Origin: Octopus sinensis
Taxonomy: Eukaryota
Length of the DNA: 64,000 nucleotides
Assembly (NCBI RefSeq): GCF_006345805.1
Contig: NC_042997.1
Span: forward strand, 118,978,001 to 119,042,000
Reading direction: 5' to 3'
The notes under the pieces were generated by a model. It was not told where the DNA came from, did no database searches, and saw only the letters and a list, made by a program, of their open reading frames with translations. The position numbers and the translations under genes are program-made. Below, piece after piece: positions 1-12,959 of the stretch (its first letter is position 1; the number at the start of each line of letters is the position of its first letter).

Positions 1-570
1 AACGGTAGATACGAGGTTCACGATAGATACGAGATATGCCATTACCTGACCAATTCCTGAAACCACCAAACATTCAGAAAATAGATAACAGATTTCTCAG
101 TTTCACTAGTAAAAGTATGTAATGTAGCAGAATACTTGCAGTGATTGCTGGACATCTTATGATGGGAAGAAATAAATAATCACGGCATTAATTCCAATCC
201 AAGCAACAATCACTTCCATTTTAATATAAATATTCAATACAATGAATGTCAACGCTTCTACAACATATAATCAAGAAAAGAATTCAACCTAACAATTGAT
301 AAAGTTAGAACGGTCGTAAATACTCGGTCAATCCGCTAGAAGACAATACTGCATGCAAGCCATTAACACAGATACAGCTGGCAGTAGTGAAAAATTCACA
401 TGAAAGTAATGAAAACACAGCATGATGCAAGAAATTAGGATTTCAGATTAACACTGTCCTATTAAGGAAGTAATCAACCTATACTTTAACATCAACATCA
501 ATCTCTGACTGGTACTTATCTGTTTGGCAATATTAGCAATCAAAATCGAACTCTGGTATGGAAAGCAAAC

Positions 571-751
571 AGGCGCAGGAGTGGCTGTGTGGTAAGTAGC
601 TTGCTTACCAACCACATGGTTCCGGATTCATTCCCACTGCGTGGCACCTTGGGCAAGTGTCTTCTACTATAGCCTCGGGCCGACCAAAGCCTTGTGAGTG
701 GATTTGGTAGACGGAAACTGGAAGACGCCTGTCGTATAAATGTATATATAT

Positions 752-815
<64 letters not shown>

Positions 816-1042
816 TGTGTGTATGTGTGTATATGTTTGTATGTCTGTGTTTGCTTCCCCAATATCGCTTGACAATCGATGCTGGTGTGTTTACGTGCCC
901 GTGACCTAGCGGTTCGGCAAAAGGAACCGATAGAATAAATACTAGGCTTACAAAGACTAAGTCCTGGGGTCGATTTGCTCGACTAAAGGCGGTGCTGCAG
1001 CATGGCCGCAGTCAAATGACTGAAACAAGTAAAAGAGAGAGA
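571..1042 (+). mobile_element. tRNA-derived SINE, family A (CORE-like body, internal (TA)n, LINE-derived tail)
   Basis: A-box-like TGGCTGTGTGG, B-box-like GGATTCATTCCC, CORE-like CCTTGGGCAAGTG, internal (TA)n, tail ...CAGCATGGCCGCAGTCAAATGACTGAAAC. Near-identical copies at 27886-28280 (-) and 61012-61414 (+). Confidence 0.9.
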
Positions 1043-1709
1043 AAAGAGAGAGAATAATAACTAGAACTAAGAATAGTTCGAGTTATTAGTTGAAGTTAAT
1101 AACTGTATTTACTTGAGTGATGATGAAATGTTTTGTAATATATTTTTTATCAGAATTTCGGAAACATTGAAATATAATAACAATAGAAAATATACTTGAG
1201 ATATATGTATTAATCAATTATTGGTTGACAAAACTTAGAACAAACAGACCTTGGAATCTATTTAATTATGAATAAACCTAAAGGTCGCAAGTAAATATCA
1301 GATAAATCTAATTTTTACTCTTCTTTCGTGTTTTCCAAGTTTTTGATCATTACTCTTTCTACCATCCTTTTTCTCTCTCTTCCACTAAGTATAGTGGCTC
1401 TATTCCAACTGATTTTCACAGTTAAGAAAATTCACTTAAGCGGGTACACGATTTTGCCTCGATAGGAAGTGTATATGTGTGTGTTAGTGGATGTGAAGCA
1501 GTGTATAGACGTGACCTCATGCTGACTTTTTTTTGTTTTCTCCCGATTATAGACTCGTTGGTAGCGATATTGTCGATTATTTTATTGTTATCTGACTATC
1601 TATAAAATTACGGTATGTTACAATGTAGGAAATCCGCGTAATTGTAAACAACTGTAGCCTAGTGCAATTATCATAGGGCTTAGTGTTATTTCCTCTGTAA
1701 ATATGGTGT

Positions 1710-1710
<1 letters not shown>

Positions 1711-1740
<30 letters not shown>

Positions 1741-1752
1741 GAGAGAGAGAGA

Positions 1753-1787
<35 letters not shown>
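1711..1787. repeat. (GA)n microsatellite
   Basis: Direct reading. Confidence 0.95.
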
Positions 1788-1790
<3 letters not shown>

Positions 1791-4338
1791 TATTGTTTTG
1801 ACCTCGAAATTCTTATATGTTTTCGTATGTGCCAAGCAAATTAAAAACAATAGTAGCTAAGTTATCTTAACTGGAAACCTAATGGATAACTTTCTAATTG
1901 TGGACGGATATATACTACTACGTAGATTTCAGTACAACAAAAATGAACCTTTTTATCTCCTAATCAAAGAAAAGCGTTTCACGCGCACACTTTCTGTACA
2001 GCACTTATTCGTTTGGTTTGATTTGCAAATGAAGGAACAGAAACATCATAACGAATCTTTTAACACCGACAAAAGGGACACTGATGCTTTTAAATAAAGT
2101 ATATTTTCTTATTACAAGTTTGTGGTTACGGAGTTGACTTTTATTTTATTTCATAACACTTGAAAGTTAAGGCAGGTCACAAAATCAAATTAAGTATGCA
2201 CTGAGCAAACCTCTACTGAATACACATTTCATTACATCAGTTTTACTACATTAGCAGTATTGTGGTAAGGTATTTGCTTCAACGAGAAGGAAGGACGCAC
2301 ATTCGGATTAAAATGATATCGTTATCGGCTTACTTGCAAATGCAAACAATAGAGACAAAGATCCTAAATGCCAAACGTACATAATACATATACAGAACAA
2401 ATATACATGCAGACTGAAGAGCCTGTGCGTACCTTGTTACAAACAGAGTTTCAAATAAACACACAAAGCGGCACGTTCTTGTGTAGCATATTGGCATACA
2501 TACAGTTGGTTTTGTGAGTACGTGCCGAAGAGACAAACCACATAAGCTCGAGGTATCAACAAAAGGAAATCAACCAGAAAATGCGCATATTGCAATTACA
2601 ATCTATAAGTGAAACACTAGAAATATGTAAAGATTTTCCCGTAATTAAAATGTAAATTTGTTTTTGTTATGTACATTATAACGACTGAACTTTGCTTTGT
2701 ATCTTTGTTAGAAACAAGCTCCTACCATACAGGAAATGTTCAAATCATTATGACCAGATGCATACAAATATACATACCTACATATATACCTACAAATAAT
2801 GTACATACATACCTACATATATACATACATACATCCGTACATACAAACATACGTACGTGCATACATATATGTATACGCGCATACATACATGTATAAGTAA
2901 ATTGTTATAGTGGTAATTAAACGTGAATATTAAATTTCAGAGACGTACTTGCCGAGCAAGTGATTTTATGTTAGACCATGATGCGTTCAGGTTAAACCAA
3001 TTAAAACGTGCAAGACGCATATTCTCTACAAAAATGGTTGACACCATTTAAACATTTATTATTTGATGTCAAAGTTTCGTCGCACTAGCTGCCAAATGAC
3101 GATTGGCACTGCAAGTAAAGTTAACAGTTTTTGTGTGTGTTTGTGTTTCAATGGTTAATGTGCATCTTTCGAAACGTAATGAGAATATTTATATAAGAGA
3201 AAACAATTAAGAATTTTATGTTGTAGCTTAGTCTTCTAGATATAGCAGGTAAGCTTCCTTTAAATTACATCCCTTAGGCTTTGAAACACATAAGAGAGTG
3301 TGATGGTAACATACTGTGTAACGGGCAACTGGAATATCATAGCTATAGCATTTCTTATCACAGGTCTGATCAGACAGAACTGGCCTGTAGTTAAAGAACT
3401 CCAGCGGCATCCTTGTGATATACTCCGAATAGTGAGAACAATAAAGAAATAAGCTACACGAAGAGATAATAATGAAGTAAAGAAAGACGTGTATACAAAA
3501 ATAATCGATACACAAAGAATTCAGCGTGATTCCTATCGTAGAAATTTAACGTAATTTTGTCAGTAATTGTACCTGCTTATATTTTCATCATTGCTTCAAA
3601 TGGTTGTGATTGTTTAAATGATGTGTTACCAGAATAAGCAAGCTAATATTTCTCTAATCTCACTTTACGGAGTTAACTGCATCAGGACCTGACTTTGTTC
3701 TGAAAATGGTCGGTAAAATGTATACTAGTAATCTTCTGAGGTTAATTATAATCTCCATAATGGCTGCCTTTCCAAATTGCTAGTCGGCCTCTGCAAAAAC
3801 AAAATCAATATTTTCCCTTCTATTCGCAGAGTAATAAAACGAAGTGATACAACTTTATTTCCAACGATTGACGTGTCGCCATGGAGATGCTTCTTGGTTA
3901 TATTCTGTCAGAATTACTCTCTGCTGACTAATAAATGACTTTCTATCTTTATCATCACTAAATATTTTATCAAAATAGATTTACTGCAATTTTGTGGTCG
4001 GTAAGCAGTACTAAAGTCTTCCATGAACATTTTACTTCATGCTGGTATCTTAAAAACAAACTTTTTCTGCTACTGATCTTGTCAAGAGGCGTGGGCTATG
4101 CCATCTGTTTCCTAGACTTAACGGTACCGAGTGATTAAGCTCATTGATGATCAATTTTAACCATTATGTCAACGGCTGTAGATAAAACGCCCATGCACAG
4201 AAACTGATTCCACTGTACTGGTTGGCATTCGTAGGAGGAAAGACTGGGATTAATGAAGGAGTGAATATATAGAGTGAACGCTACATCGGAGATATATTAG
4301 GGTGGTGTCGCTTGACAACCAAACAAAAAAAAAACAAT

Positions 4339-5297
4339 GAGGCATTCAACATCATCATCCAAATTCTACCCATTTTCATTGGAGATAAAACAATGAACGA
4401 AATTTTGGGCTCACAAAATTATCAAAAGCAAAATGCAACCGAAATCATTGAAAACATATAAACCGGCGCAAGACTATATCTTTTAACAACAGAACCAAAA
4501 GTGGGAAAATGCAGGTCGCCTAACTGTGGCACATGCCCCCACCTTTTGAAGGGTGCGGAATTTCACTTCAAGCAAGGTGAAATATTTACAATAAAGTCAA
4601 ATTTTACTTGTGCCTCTGAAAACTTAATATATGCTATTACTTGCTTAGGTTGCGGAAACAACTATATAGGCCAAACGTGAATGTCCCTCAGACGGAGAAC
4701 AACACTTTACAAACATAGAATCGGCTTCCCACAATATAGTTAGTGAACACATAGAAAGATGTTCTAGAAACATTAAACCAAACTTCCTAATGTTCGTTCT
4801 TTATCAACGTTCCCAGAACATCTAAGTACAGCAAAGACTAAATAAAGTGACAAATTCCATTAATAAATATCAACCACAATTTAACATAAATACACAACTT
4901 AATGCAGGGCACTAATTAATACAGGCCACTGCTAACCCTACTAATACCAATAATCCCACTAATCCGTATACTTCTCATATACTATTCATGTTCTATAAAT
5001 CATTATTTAACTTAATTGCACAAAATTTTAGAACTGCTTACTTCCTTGGCATGCAATCTATTCACTCAGTTACTATTAGACTCAAAACAGTTTGGAAATT
5101 AGCATTGCTTCAAAGTCAGTGAACAACGATGGCGAAATTTTATGCTTTTTGATTCCACCCCAAATCATTTATTTGAATGTATGTATATTTGTTTTTTTTA
5201 TTAAAAACTCATTATTTTTATATCTAGTGGGCATTTTCTTTTTACTTTTTACTCTTTCCTTATTTATACCACATTTAGTCTTCTTTGAATCCCGTTT

Positions 5298-5300
<3 letters not shown>
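4339..5300 (+). mobile_element. Penelope-like element remnant: GIY-YIG endonuclease pseudogene plus 3' non-coding region
   Basis: Manual translation from 4501: VGKCRSPNCGTCPHLLKGAEFHFKQGEIFTIKSNFTCASENLIYAITCLGCGNNYIGQT*MSLRRR. This is a Cys-rich motif followed by NxIY...CxxC...YIGQT, typical of PLE (Neptune-like) endonucleases. Contains an in-frame stop and frameshifts. Confidence 0.85.
5113..5154 (+). ncRNA. Degenerate hammerhead-like fold with GUGAACA core
   Basis: AGTCA-GTGAACA-acgatggc-GAAA...TT-TGATT. Stem I AGTCA/TGATT is present and stem II is almost lost. Lies downstream of the PLE endonuclease. Confidence 0.4.
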
Positions 5301-5334
<34 letters not shown>

Positions 5335-5417
5335 AGGATAAAATCGTTAATATAAAATAAAATAATGATCTTATCAAGTGGCCATTATGGAAAAAATAAA
5401 CTTCAAAGGTAATAATT

Positions 5418-5585
5418 ATTAAAATTATAAATTAGGGTATCTACGTTTTTTTACTAGTTTTATCTTGTCTTTTTGTCTTATCTCCGTGTTGCTATATGAA
5501 CACTTAAGGTGGTTTTAGAGTCAGATCATGGTTGCTATTTTTAGCATGGCGGTATCTCGTAGATACCCTAAGTTATAATTTTAAT
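5418..5585. repeat. Small inverted-repeat element (28-bp arms)
   Basis: ATTAAAATTATAAATTAGGGTATCTACG (5418-5445) vs CGTAGATACCCTAAGTTATAATTTTAAT (5558-5585), one mismatch. Confidence 0.75.
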
Positions 5586-5598
5586 TATAAATATATAT

Positions 5599-5792
5599 AT
5601 CGTTAGCCATTACACACATTTTTGCTCTCCTTGTTTTCTCTCCTTCTTTCTCTCCTTGTTTTTTCTGTGTCCCTTTCCGTAGAAGAGCGTAGGCTCGAAA
5701 CGGAAAAGACTTTTTTCTATTCCTGAGCGTTATACTAATACATCTGTTTGTTTTGTGCACACCTGTCTTCGTCATTTTTTTTTTATTTCCCT
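5599..5792 (+). mobile_element. Short (TA)n-embedded non-autonomous element carrying a hammerhead-like fold (5673-5708)
   Basis: Homologous to 10263-10454 (-). Contains CTTT-CCGTAGA-A-GAGC-GTAG-GCTC-GAAAC-GGA-AAAG. Confidence 0.65.
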
Positions 5793-6679
5793 AGATATAT
5801 ATATATGTATATATTTACAAGTGAGTGTGGACAGATGAAAGAAAAGGGAATTGATCTAATTTATTAGGAATTACATGTATTATGTAAACCAGTTTGATTT
5901 GGTTCCGTGCGACTTTCGCAAAGGCAGATTCTGGTGAAGGTCCAATTTGTGTATACACGCTGCATAGAATTATAGTCTGTGGTAAATACCTTGTTTTTAT
6001 ATACAATTGGCATGAAGGTAAGGATCATACAAACTAATTTCAAACTAATTTCAAACCTAATATGGGTTTTGTTGTGCAATTAATGACCGTCTTTAACTGA
6101 CTAGGAACAGAAGCCGAATAGAACCATTTGCATATTGCTTGGAATTAAAAGTGACTACAACGATTCCGTCAGCTGATATTTATTTGGATTTTTATGTTAT
6201 TTATTTATTTATAATTCCGATAAAATAATAAAAGACATTAATAATAAATTCTCGCTTTGCAGTCAATTTACCACTTTAACACCGAGTAATATACATTTTT
6301 TAAACGAAATCTTAAAGTTTTTAAAATTGCTTTCACATTTTTATTACTATATTTTAGTGTCTGATTTTCGGAATACAATAAATCATATATTTGTTTAATA
6401 TTATTAACTGTAGAAAACCAGAGCTAATTTAATTTGTATAATATGATTGTTAACTCTTTTCCCCCTCTAAAATTCATTGGCGTTCTTCATTCTCTAATGG
6501 ACCAGCAAATATCCAGTGGATGATATTGATGTTTGTTGTAAAGTATTATCTGTTAAATATTATCATTTCATTAAACTATGATTCGTTTAATTTAAATCTT
6601 ACATTATTTCTGATTTAATAGTGCAATGCCATTATCAAATAATGATGATTATGTGAGAGAATGTTGATATTGAAGATGA

Positions 6680-6729
6680 TGGAAATGATGATGATTATGA
6701 TAATGGTGAGGACAATAATAACTATGATG

Positions 6730-6803
<74 letters not shown>

Positions 6804-6819
6804 AATAATAATGATGATG

Positions 6820-6889
<70 letters not shown>
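6680..6889. repeat. (ATG)n/(AAT)n trinucleotide microsatellite
   Basis: Direct reading; source of the poly-I/poly-M ORFs. Confidence 0.95.
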
Positions 6890-6890
<1 letters not shown>

Positions 6891-7330
6891 CAGGAAAACA
6901 TCATACCCAGTAACAAAACAGGCATGGAAATATCTAAGTGAATTCAACATACAACAAATCCCAGAATTAGACGTACTGAAAACAAGCACAGAAAAAGCTA
7001 AGAGTATGAAAACCCGTGCTAAAAGCTGCTGCCTCAAATTTTCTTATTGATAAATGGGAAGAAAAACTTCCCAAAGGTAAATACTCAAACAGGGCTAATA
7101 ATTCCGATGTTGACACATCAGTGGTTTGTGTCAGCTGATTTAGAATCAGAATCAGAAGGGTTTATCATAGAGCCCAAGATCAATGCCTACACACAAGGAG
7201 CTATCAGGCCGACATATTAAAGAACAACAGTAGCCCAATATGTAATGTATGTAAGCAACAAAATGAAACCATCTATCATGTCTCCATGTGCAGTCTTCTG
7301 GCACCTAAACAGTACCTCATACAGTATCTT
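6890..7330 (+). pseudogene. R4/Dong-clade non-LTR retrotransposon fragment (post-RT region with CCHC knuckle)
   Basis: Frameshifted translation KWEEK..GKY...LESESEGFII.AQDQCLHTRSYQADILKNNSSPICNVCKQQNETIYHVSMCSLLAPKQY matches the EGFxxAxQDQ...CxxC...ETIxH...CxxLA pattern of RLE-type R4/Dong ORFs. Confidence 0.8.
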
Positions 7331-7399
7331 TTGTATGAGTACCGGAACTGCAAATATCTTGTGGGCCACTGTTTTATTGAATTGAGAGAGTCATGAGTT

Positions 7400-7750
7400 C
7401 CAAACGTTCTGTATTCGGCTGTAATATTGTTTAGTGACACATGTTTTGTTACAGGTGTCGTTGTAAGATATATTTTCGTCCACCCTAAGATATTTGTAAC
7501 ATTCCTCGTCAGATATAGCGAAAACAGTCAAATCATTGATGGAGATGTTGCTAGTCTGATTTATAGTTTTCCCCTTTTCACAATCATAGAAGAACGTTTA
7601 TCCTGACCAACCTCCAACACTACATCCGTTGAGGATGTTGTAACTAGGTCTATGCTCTTTTACATCACATGCATATTCTTTGTATAAAGTTTCAAGCGAT
7701 CCACAAAGAAGCAGTGTGCAATTTTGGTATCTTTGTTTCCTTGTGAACCA
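7400..7750 (-). pseudogene. R4/Dong-clade RT fragment (domains 5-7)
   Basis: Minus-strand translation TKIAHCFFVDRLKLYTKN...DLVTTSSTDVVLEVGQDK...KRGKL...YKYLRVDENISY, a degenerate HxxFVDDLKLY / FGxDKC / YKYLG. Confidence 0.75.
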
Positions 7751-8216
7751 GTGATTTGTATGTATGTAAGTCATTATTCAGTTTATTTCAAGATTTCTTG
7801 CCTATAGAGAAAGAACGGGTTTCTAAACTAGATCCAAGGTTCCTTCATTGGAATTTCAAAATCAACACCAGGGTATTTTTGTCTGTATGTATGTATGTAT
7901 GTGTGTATGTATGTATGTGTGTATGTATGTGTATGTATGTATGTCAGAATGTATGTTCAGATTTGTATTGTTTTTTATATGCATTGTCATCCATATAGTT
8001 ACATATCTAGACATGCTCATATGTATGTATTTATCGAGGGATGTATGAGTATGTGGGTATATATGTATATGTGAAGTTTTGTACGTTTTGTTTTATGTAT
8101 GTATGTATTCTTATGCATATAATTTCATATCTAGACATACTCATATGAATGTATGTATGTAGGTATGTATGTACGTATGCATGTATGTACTTGTATATAT
8201 ATATACATATATATAT

Positions 8217-8290
<74 letters not shown>

Positions 8291-9099
8291 ATATATATTG
8301 TCTGAATTATTGTACATCTGTTATATATATACAGATAAATACTGTATTCAGGATTTGGTTTGAATTAATATATTTTATTAGCACCTTTCACCCTTTCCTG
8401 GATTAATTATAACTGATTTCTTACAGAATATTAATGGCTCTTCTATATATGTGGAGTACTTGAGAAAAAAGTAGTGCTGAATCTGGTTTGTTGGGCTTTG
8501 GAAATAAGGTGTTTTCGAAGTGGTTATTTGTAATGTTGTTTGTCATTTTGAATCTAGAGATGTGTGAGTGTGTATATGGGAGTATACATACGTTTCTACG
8601 TGTGTAAACGTGTATGTGATTGTGCAGTAAATCGTTAAAGTATACATACGTGGAAGATTTTTGGAGATTGATTATATAGAGAATAAACAAAATAAAAGGA
8701 AGAGAGGAAGGAAAAAACTTAGAAGAAAAGAAAGATAGATAGAAAGAAAGGTGTGTTGAAATTGATGACAGGCGAAAGAGGTCAAATCATCATTTCTTTT
8801 ATTAATTGCAATACATTTATCTTAGTTATTGTGTGTCACTGAAAAATCTTACTTTGTTCTATTGTCATCTTACCCAGCTGTAGAAAATAGAATCAATCAC
8901 ACTTTGGGGAGGCTTTCAAATTTGTATGTCTGTGTCTTTTGTCCTGTGCGTGTGAAAGAGAGTGTTTGTTGTTTAAGTGAATTCTTCCAGTTATTTTAGT
9001 AACGAGTATGGGAAACATTATTAATAATAATACCCAACGGTAATGTGGGTTCGTTTCCTCTGTGAAAGTAACTCTTTAAAGAAGGAATTCCGCATTTTT

Positions 9100-9500
9100 C
9101 ATAAATATATTTTAGCGTGTTTTATATAGTTCCATTGTCTTTCAGTAATTTGGATATCACTTCGGCATTTGTAGACAGGTGAGATCGTGAAGCAACTGTT
9201 TCAGATGTTAGCTCAACGGAATATGTCGTAATTCTTTTTGTTTCATGTGTTGTTTATTGATTCTTAATCGTTGGCAAAGTCTAATGATAGTTTCTCCGAT
9301 ATAATTCTCTTGGGGCAGTTTTACAGTATACGGTATTCAGTGTGTGGCAGTTCATATCTACATTTTTTAGAAAGAGAATCCACTTTCAAATTTGATATAG
9401 CAATCCGTATCAAAATACCTGATATTGTTATTACTGTATATACGCGGTTTCTGTTCTCTCCACATTCCTTCACGGAGAATTCTAAATTATTTCCGGATGT
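9100..9500 (-). pseudogene. Penelope-like GIY-YIG endonuclease remnant
   Basis: Minus-strand MNCHTLNTVYC... then, after a frameshift, ENYIGETIIRLCQRLRINKQHMKQKELRHIPLS*HLKQ. Confidence 0.7.
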
Positions 9501-9944
9501 GAGATGTTTTTAAGATACAATACTCACACACACACACACAAATACACACACACTCGTACACACACGGGTACATACACACACTCACACAAACAAACAAATA
9601 TACAAACATTCATACTTACATGTATATAACTGAGAATATGTGTCTGGCTGTCTGTATGTGTACATCACTAAAACACGAGAAATACCCGACCAGTTTCATT
9701 CAAATTTTATACATGCATTACTTAGGCTCAATGCAGCGGCATGGGTCAAACAAATTCTCAAACTATTGCGTAATGCGAGCCCGGAGCAATCTTTTGGACT
9801 ATTTCTGTGTTACGTCTCAAAAGGGAAATAACATTTCTATTGTAATGTGCGATCATATTTTCAGTTTTAACAATTCCACTATTAATACTTTCACTACATA
9901 CATCGTGAAAGTATTAATACACTCAATATTATCTCAGATATCTA

Positions 9945-10183
9945 CATGCATACACATATGTGTATCATATATATATATAAATATATATATATACATATAT
10001 ATGTATATATATTATATATATACATATATATATGCATGTATGCATGCTTCTATATGTATTTATATATATGCATATATATGATTGTATATGTGTATATATA
10101 CATATACATGTACATATACATATATATATATATATTTATAAACATATATACGTATATATATACATGTCTATGTATGTATATAC

Positions 10184-10262
<79 letters not shown>
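9945..10262. repeat. (TA)n-rich compound microsatellite
   Basis: Direct reading. Confidence 0.95.
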
Positions 10263-10265
<3 letters not shown>

Positions 10266-10450
10266 AGAGTTTACGAAAACAAAACAAAACACGAAGACAG
10301 GTGGTGTACAAAACAAATAGATGTATTAGTATAACGGTCAGGAATAGAAAACATCTTTTACGTTTCGCGCCTACTCTCTTCTACAGAAAGGAACACAAAA
10401 AACAAAGGGAGAAAAAAATGTATGTTGTGGCTAACGATCTATCATGGCGA

Positions 10451-10454
<4 letters not shown>
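10263..10454 (-). mobile_element. Second copy of the (TA)n-embedded hammerhead-like element (fold at 10355-10390)
   Basis: Minus strand CTTT-CTGTAGA-A-GAGA-GTAG-GCGC-GAAAC-GTA-AAAG. Flanked by (TA)n on both sides and homologous to 5599-5792. Confidence 0.65.
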
Positions 10455-10496
<42 letters not shown>

Positions 10497-10497
<1 letters not shown>

Positions 10498-10645
10498 ACG
10501 ACGGGCTTCTTTCAATTTCCGTCTACCAAATCGTCTCAGAAGTCTTTTGTCGGCCCGATTCTACAGTAGAAGTTACTTGCCCAAAGTGCGATGCAGCGGG
10601 ACTGAACCCTGAACCATGTGGTTGGAAAGGAAGTCTCTTACCACT
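10497..10645 (-). mobile_element. SINE family A, head fragment
   Basis: Reverse complement similar to 590-735. Confidence 0.75.
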
Positions 10646-12037
10646 CAATATATATTCATATACATATATCCATCTATTTTCGTATTTCTCTCATTAACCA
10701 TTTTATGCTAAATTCGATCTCTAAAGATTTTCTCAGTCGTTTCCTATTTGACGATAAACATGATGCTGACGTTTTTGGCAACAGTTATCTCTACTTTAAA
10801 CAATTTCGCATTTTTATTAATTTCTGATGTTGCATGTATCTCTCTCCTCCTATCTATTATCAACGATTTGATTTTTCCTTTTGTGTTACTGAAAGTACAT
10901 AATCTCTCCACATTCACTGGCCAATATAGTTTACGCAATTTCATTCGTACAAGCAATACCGTTCCTTTATCTGCCTCTATTTGTTTGTTTGTTTCTTTCT
11001 TTCTTTCTTTCGTTCTTTCTTTCTTTCTTTCTATCCCTCTCTCATATTCACTCTGGTCTCCACTCACATTTTACCCATACCTAGTAAGGATACTCTACTC
11101 CCGATCTCCAAATTCTCCACTCCCATCCAATCATACAATGCTCCATGGTCAAACGCGAAAGCTTTTGTCTAGATTGGTCAGTTACTTTTAAGATAAAGGT
11201 GGTGTCTGCTTTCTATAGAAGTAGAACGGCTTGAAAGTCTCAAACACCCAGATGAGACAGCGGCTCTATCTGCATATTCTGAAAGAAATAGCCCACAAAA
11301 CGCAACGGGTTAATTATAATGCCATATGACCCATTGATACCCCAGAAGGGAAACTAAAACTCCAGTCTAGAAAACCAATAACGTATATGCAAGTGGCAAG
11401 ACACAAGCTCTTAAGGCTATGGTGAAATATGTAGAAACGATGCAAGTGGTACTAGGTTCAGGACTCAATTGTGCTAAGAATTAGGAGAAGGCACTCCAAT
11501 AGTCAGGCTAGAATTTGTTTCACCTCTAGGTGCCAACAGCGCCGGGCCCATGTAGAATAACTGCACATCCTTGAACTAGGTAGCCCTATCATTACAAAGA
11601 AGAATGATCAAGAGTGATCCTCATGTTTGCCACTAGATCCATCGACGTCCGGTTTATATTTTCAAAGTGAACTGGAGATAGAGAGCGAAATAGAATGAGC
11701 TAGGGGAATTATGTACGTGAAATGGTGGGGAGTAAAGCGTAGTCCCACTGAGGTAAGATGTTGATGGTTAAAGCTGGGGCAGTTACCCTTTAGAAATACA
11801 CCCGTCTTTTGCTTGTAAAAGCCACAGAGTTTGCTTGATAGTAGATGTAGATCGTAGATAAGGGAAGACAAATGATGGGACAGGGCTACTTGACACAATC
11901 GTAATCAGATGGAACTGGTAAGTTATTGTTGAAAGAATCGAAACACCTAAATGATCTCAGATAACATCATTCAGAATATTTACAGCTGCATAACCAGATC
12001 AAATGATGGAGAGCGTGACGCAGTGTCAGCTTGCAGA

Positions 12038-12250
12038 CACGTTAGCGCGCCGGGCGAAATGCTTAGCGGTATTTCGTCTGTCGATAAGTTCTGAGTTCAA
12101 ATTCCACCGAGGTCGACTTTGCCTTTAATCCTTACGGGGTCGATAAATAAAGTACCAGTTTCGCACTGGGATCGATGTCATCGACTTAATCCCTTTGCCT
12201 GTCCTCGTTTGTCTCCTCTATATTTAGCCCCTTGTGGGCAATAAAGAAAT
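12038..12250 (+). mobile_element. SINE family B (Nin/Deu-like central domain)
   Basis: GAGTTCAAATTCC B-box, then GACTTTGCCTTT.ATCCTT.CGGGGTCGATAAATAAAGTACCAG resembling the Nin/Deu SINE domain. Multiple copies in the window. Confidence 0.85.
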
Positions 12251-12959
12251 GTATGTGTGTATTTGAGATGCAAAATGAGTGTTACATTCGTTAGAGTAGT
12301 TAAATTATAGAAATATGCTATTTAATTTTAATATCTTGGCAATTTATTACTATATTGTTGTGCTGTATAGGTAAAAGTAAGTGAAAACAATTGAATAAAA
12401 CGTTAATGTTTCCATTTGTAGAATTTTTGATTTAATAAATATTTAGACACCATTAAACCTACCTGATATTTAGTTAATGAAACGAAACATTTAAGTTTTC
12501 TTTTTTATTATAGTTCTATTTCAATAAATTTAATTGACTGAAAAAACAATATTAAGTAATTTGCAGAGAAATTTCAGAATCGAATAAAATGATACTGCGC
12601 AGAAATTACGTTTTAGTAGGTTTCTTAGCTCATATAAAAATTACGCTATTTCCAATTCATAGTTACATAACATTTATTATTTTAACAGCAGATATTCTAA
12701 GCTTTCCATTACAATACCTTAGAATCATGCCTGGGAAATATACTCTGACATCAAAATATATACTTTCGAGCAATTCATGTAATGAGTTATGACCAGAAAT
12801 AAAAGTATTCAAGTTGTTTAAAACAATGTTGCAAGTTAGATTTCAATGAAGATATATATAAAAAAAAATATATTTAAGTGAAAAGTACTTGACAGCATTT
12901 TCGTAAAGGTTAGTCACACAAACGTGCATGCACGAACATAGGAATGCATGTGCAGGCTT

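Noticed and set aside
2330-2536. Minus-strand host exon ending at a GTAAG donor
   Set aside because: No recognisable protein similarity, no clear acceptor and no partner exons.
3230-4310. Ancient RT on the minus strand
   Set aside because: Only faint motif echoes (e.g. FVFAEAD); an HMM search would be needed to call it.
8763-8797. Hammerhead-like TTGATGA...GAAA...GTC
   Set aside because: There is no room for stem II and no stem I; a simple hairpin explains it better.
11200-11950. Ancient LINE endonuclease or host exon
   Set aside because: Higher-complexity sequence, but no convincing motifs or open frame with splice sites.
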